From Spizellomyces punctatus DAOM BR117 (taxonomy: Eukaryota): 64,000 bases of DNA. The stretch lies in NCBI GenBank assembly GCA_000182565.2, contig KQ257466.1; one strand, 5' to 3'. This document shows, piece by piece, positions 61,099-64,000 of this stretch. Position 1 is the first letter of the stretch, and each line of letters begins with the position of its first letter. Position numbers and translations under genes: made by a program. A model generated the notes under the pieces. The model worked only from the letters and a program-made list of their open reading frames with translations. It had not been told where the DNA came from and made no database searches.

Positions 61099-64000
61099 TC
61101 ATGTACCTCGCCCAAATCTGTGTTCTTCCCCATCGAATACACAGTCGTCATCCCTGCTCCATCTGCGGTGATCCGCTTCCTCCTCATTGTCCGATTCTGT
61201 GTCCATTGAATCCAACCGCACAGCGGCCACGGAGCTACGGACGGTGCGAAGACGGAGCAGACCTCCCTGGGTTGACCACGATTGCTCGGAGGATTGACCT
61301 CCCGCCTGTGCAAGGGGATCTACTGGTGTTACTTCCTGAGGAGAGTGTCGCAACTCCACACCGACAATTCCTTCATGTTCACGAAGTTGCGCTGCTGTTG
61401 GCGATACAGTCTCTTCGCTTACTTGTCGAAGAACATGCTGACTGCCTTCGTCGCGGGCACTTTCAATCTTCTCCTTACCAGCACTATCACCCTCAGCTGG
61501 CTTGATGACCGTTCCCAATTCCTCATCACCTCCACCGCCTCGTTCACTTACAATCAAGTCTCCGCTACCATGTCCTTGCCCATAGGTCTTTGCTCTGCCT
61601 TTGATTGTCTTTGAGAAGCCTTTTGTATCCTTCCTCTTGGCATTATGGCTGTGATGGTCGTCGCCATGCATTCCCCGTAACAAATCCTTCCTTGTGACAA
61701 GTCCAACCAGGAATCCGTCCCGATCAACAACCATTACATGCCGCAATCCCAAAGATCGGACAACTGAAAATACTTTGGCAGCAGTAGCATCCTCGCGCAC
61801 GATTGTTGGACTCACGTTCATGATCGCCGTCATATCGATGCGAGTACTAGTCGGATCGTAGGTCTTGGTTTCACACAGGCTCGTGAGAGTCTCGGAAAGC
61901 AAGTCCCTATAGACAAATCCGACAGGTCGATACCGCACTACTTGACGTCCGTGGGAATCCTCCACCATAAGCTTTTCACAAACTGGGAATCCATTATGGC
62001 CAGATTGAATCGCTTCAGCGCACGCACTGAGCCTGGCGGTTGAGGTGAGCACAACCATGTTCTTGTGGGACATCAACTTGCGGACGCAGATGGTGCGAAG
62101 TTGATGTGAGGGTTCAGGAGGTAGGAAGGGTGTGTGATTGTTGTGCATTTCAAGATGATATAGCGATTCACCCAAAAATGACGAAACCCATGCAGAGGTG
62201 AAGCATACGATAATTAATCCAGGGATAGCATCAAAGTCTCCTGTCAACTCAAAGCATATCACGATGACTGTAAGGGTCAGACGGCTGGTCGCAGACCACA
62301 AACTAGCCATCCCAATCAATCTGTGATGAAACATGGTCAAACGGTGTTGATGTGGTACGATGTCGCAAGCAAATGTCAAAGTACGTACGCAATTAGACCA
62401 GGATCTATCGCTGAGGAGCCGCGCATGTAGTTCCAAGCGACTCCAAGGATGCGCCCTGTAACTGCACCCATGATCAAGTTTGGAATGACCAAATCTAATA
62501 CCAGCACAGAATACAATGGTTAATGAGTATGGTATGTTGCACATCATTAAGACTAAGGTACACACCTGTTGGTAGGGCGATGTAATACGTGATCAGACTC
62601 AATAATAGATATACACCAAGGAAAATTCCAAGAGACCGGATATCAAAGAGTTGATATAGACCTCGGGTAAGGAGAAGCTTCAATTGCTTCTCTGATGAGC
62701 AAGTGTCAGTAAGTCTGTAACGTCTTCAAGGTGACAATATGGGAATATCTTACCAGGAGTGGAATACATAAGCGATCTCACTTGATAGTAGCATTGTCCC
62801 TCCTGATCTACCTTGGCATGCTGCGCATGCAGGTCCGCCTGGGGGATCAGCATGTCCAAGGTCGCAAGTTTCACATCACCCGTGTTGTTGCCATGGCCAT
62901 TTGCTTCAGAGGGCGACGGGCTATGCTCGCCAGAAGGTGCATTGCTCGACGGAGAGGGCTCCCTTGATGCTGGACGGTCCGTGCTTTCGTGACCTCCGGG
63001 ATTCCCATGCTCTTGCCGTCGAGTTAGCCTTCGGACACGGAGACCCATGCGAACCCCTCTTGATTCGCTGAACGGGAGAAAGGCCGATGCGGTTTCGTCA
63101 AAAGTTGGCAGAGCATTTGAAGCGATAGATGAAGTAAGGTGTGCAGGTCCATTGGATATTGTACTCTGATGACCTTCACGGCCTCCTGGTTGTTCTTCAA
63201 TGATAGTTCGGTTTCGGGCTGCTTCAACCTCCACAGGCCGATAGAAACTATGAATGATGCTCTGCACGGACAGTCAAAGTAAGTATGAAAGCTCAAAGGC
63301 GGGTGAAAGTGGGAGAAGATGATCTTGCTGTGAAACTTACATGCTCGTATTCATTCTTCAAATCTGGCGGCAGGCAAACACCGCCAAATCCTCGTAAACA
63401 TTCTCGCAACTTTGAATCGGATATCGCTGTAGAGTTAATTTCCACACCTTCTAGGCATTCGGTGGGTGTAGTATCTCGAACATGATCCGTTACTGTGCTC
63501 AAGGGGAGACACGGATCAACGCCAGGCGCCGTCGGCAAAAGCACAACGATCAGCGTAGTAATGATGCAGACAACAGCGACTTCAACCAAACGTATGAATG
63601 TAAAAAGACCTCGGCGTGATTTCAGCTTGTCAGAGGCTACGGCGACTAACTTGCGGGGCTTCCCTTTTCCTCCATCTGTTGTTTCCTCCTGTGAATGGCG
63701 CACCCACGACGACGCGGCCGCTGTCTGCTCCAAATTGCGAACGGTGTATGGTAGCCGGAGATTTTGAACCATGCTCAAAAGGTTATTCCATAGGGTTCCA
63801 ACGAAGGCCATCACAACACCAAGAGACACAAAAAGACCGAGCAACAACAAAAGCTTCCCAGGAGTCAAAGGATTAATTCGGTTACAGTCCACGTTGACCT
63901 GGCGCATGTTAAGAACTTTCTAAGTCATCGTTAGACAGTGTTTCCATAAATATCTTACTCACAGGAAACAGAGTAAACTCCAAACTACCGGCGTTCTCCC
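61099..64000 (-). CDS. CLC-family chloride channel/transporter with CBS domains (5' part beyond the window), spliced
   Basis: GAVTGRILG, IDPGLIA, LIGMASLWSATSRLTLTVIVICFELTG, ESLY; CBS motifs HNGFPV and VRSLGLRHVMVV...GLVTRKDLL. Confidence 0.9.

Overview
Eukaryotic, intron-containing genomic DNA with short GT-AG introns (mostly about 55-90 nt) and CTAAC/CTGAC branch sites. It is most consistent with an early-diverging fungus; a chytrid is my inference, not something the sequence proves. I can support about 22 protein-coding genes: an ACC-synthase-like aminotransferase, a large LEA/perilipin-like repeat protein, a Pcl5/Pas1-type cyclin, an Unc104/KIF1 kinesin-3, a small dsRBD-like protein, a PL14 lyase, a MARVEL protein, a Cys-rich TM-SH3 receptor, a GPCR-like 7TM protein, nucleolin (NSR1/Gar2), an Rsc9-like ARID protein, an M14 carboxypeptidase homolog, a mucin-like membrane protein, a fasciclin GPI protein, a GH3 beta-glucosidase, an F-BAR/DEP/RhoGAP protein, Fpg glycosylase, a coiled-coil hypothetical protein, a small mitochondrial-type protein, a cupin, a Shisa-like TM protein and a partial CLC channel. 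I saw no tRNA, rRNA, CRISPR array or intact transposon. The strongest hunt signals are: (1) an unusually long cyclin intron that folds into a nested multi-branch RNA structure, in a gene that also has three uORFs; (2) a repeat protein with 22-aa, 18-aa and about 52-aa repeat modules plus a 12-nt microexon; (3) an apparently catalytically dead membrane carboxypeptidase; (4) a CLC with DLVIP in place of GxFxP; (5) a 1-nt frameshift in the TM-SH3 receptor signal peptide; (6) an intronless, bacterial-looking cupin. Exon boundaries and RNA helices were derived by eye and are approximate.
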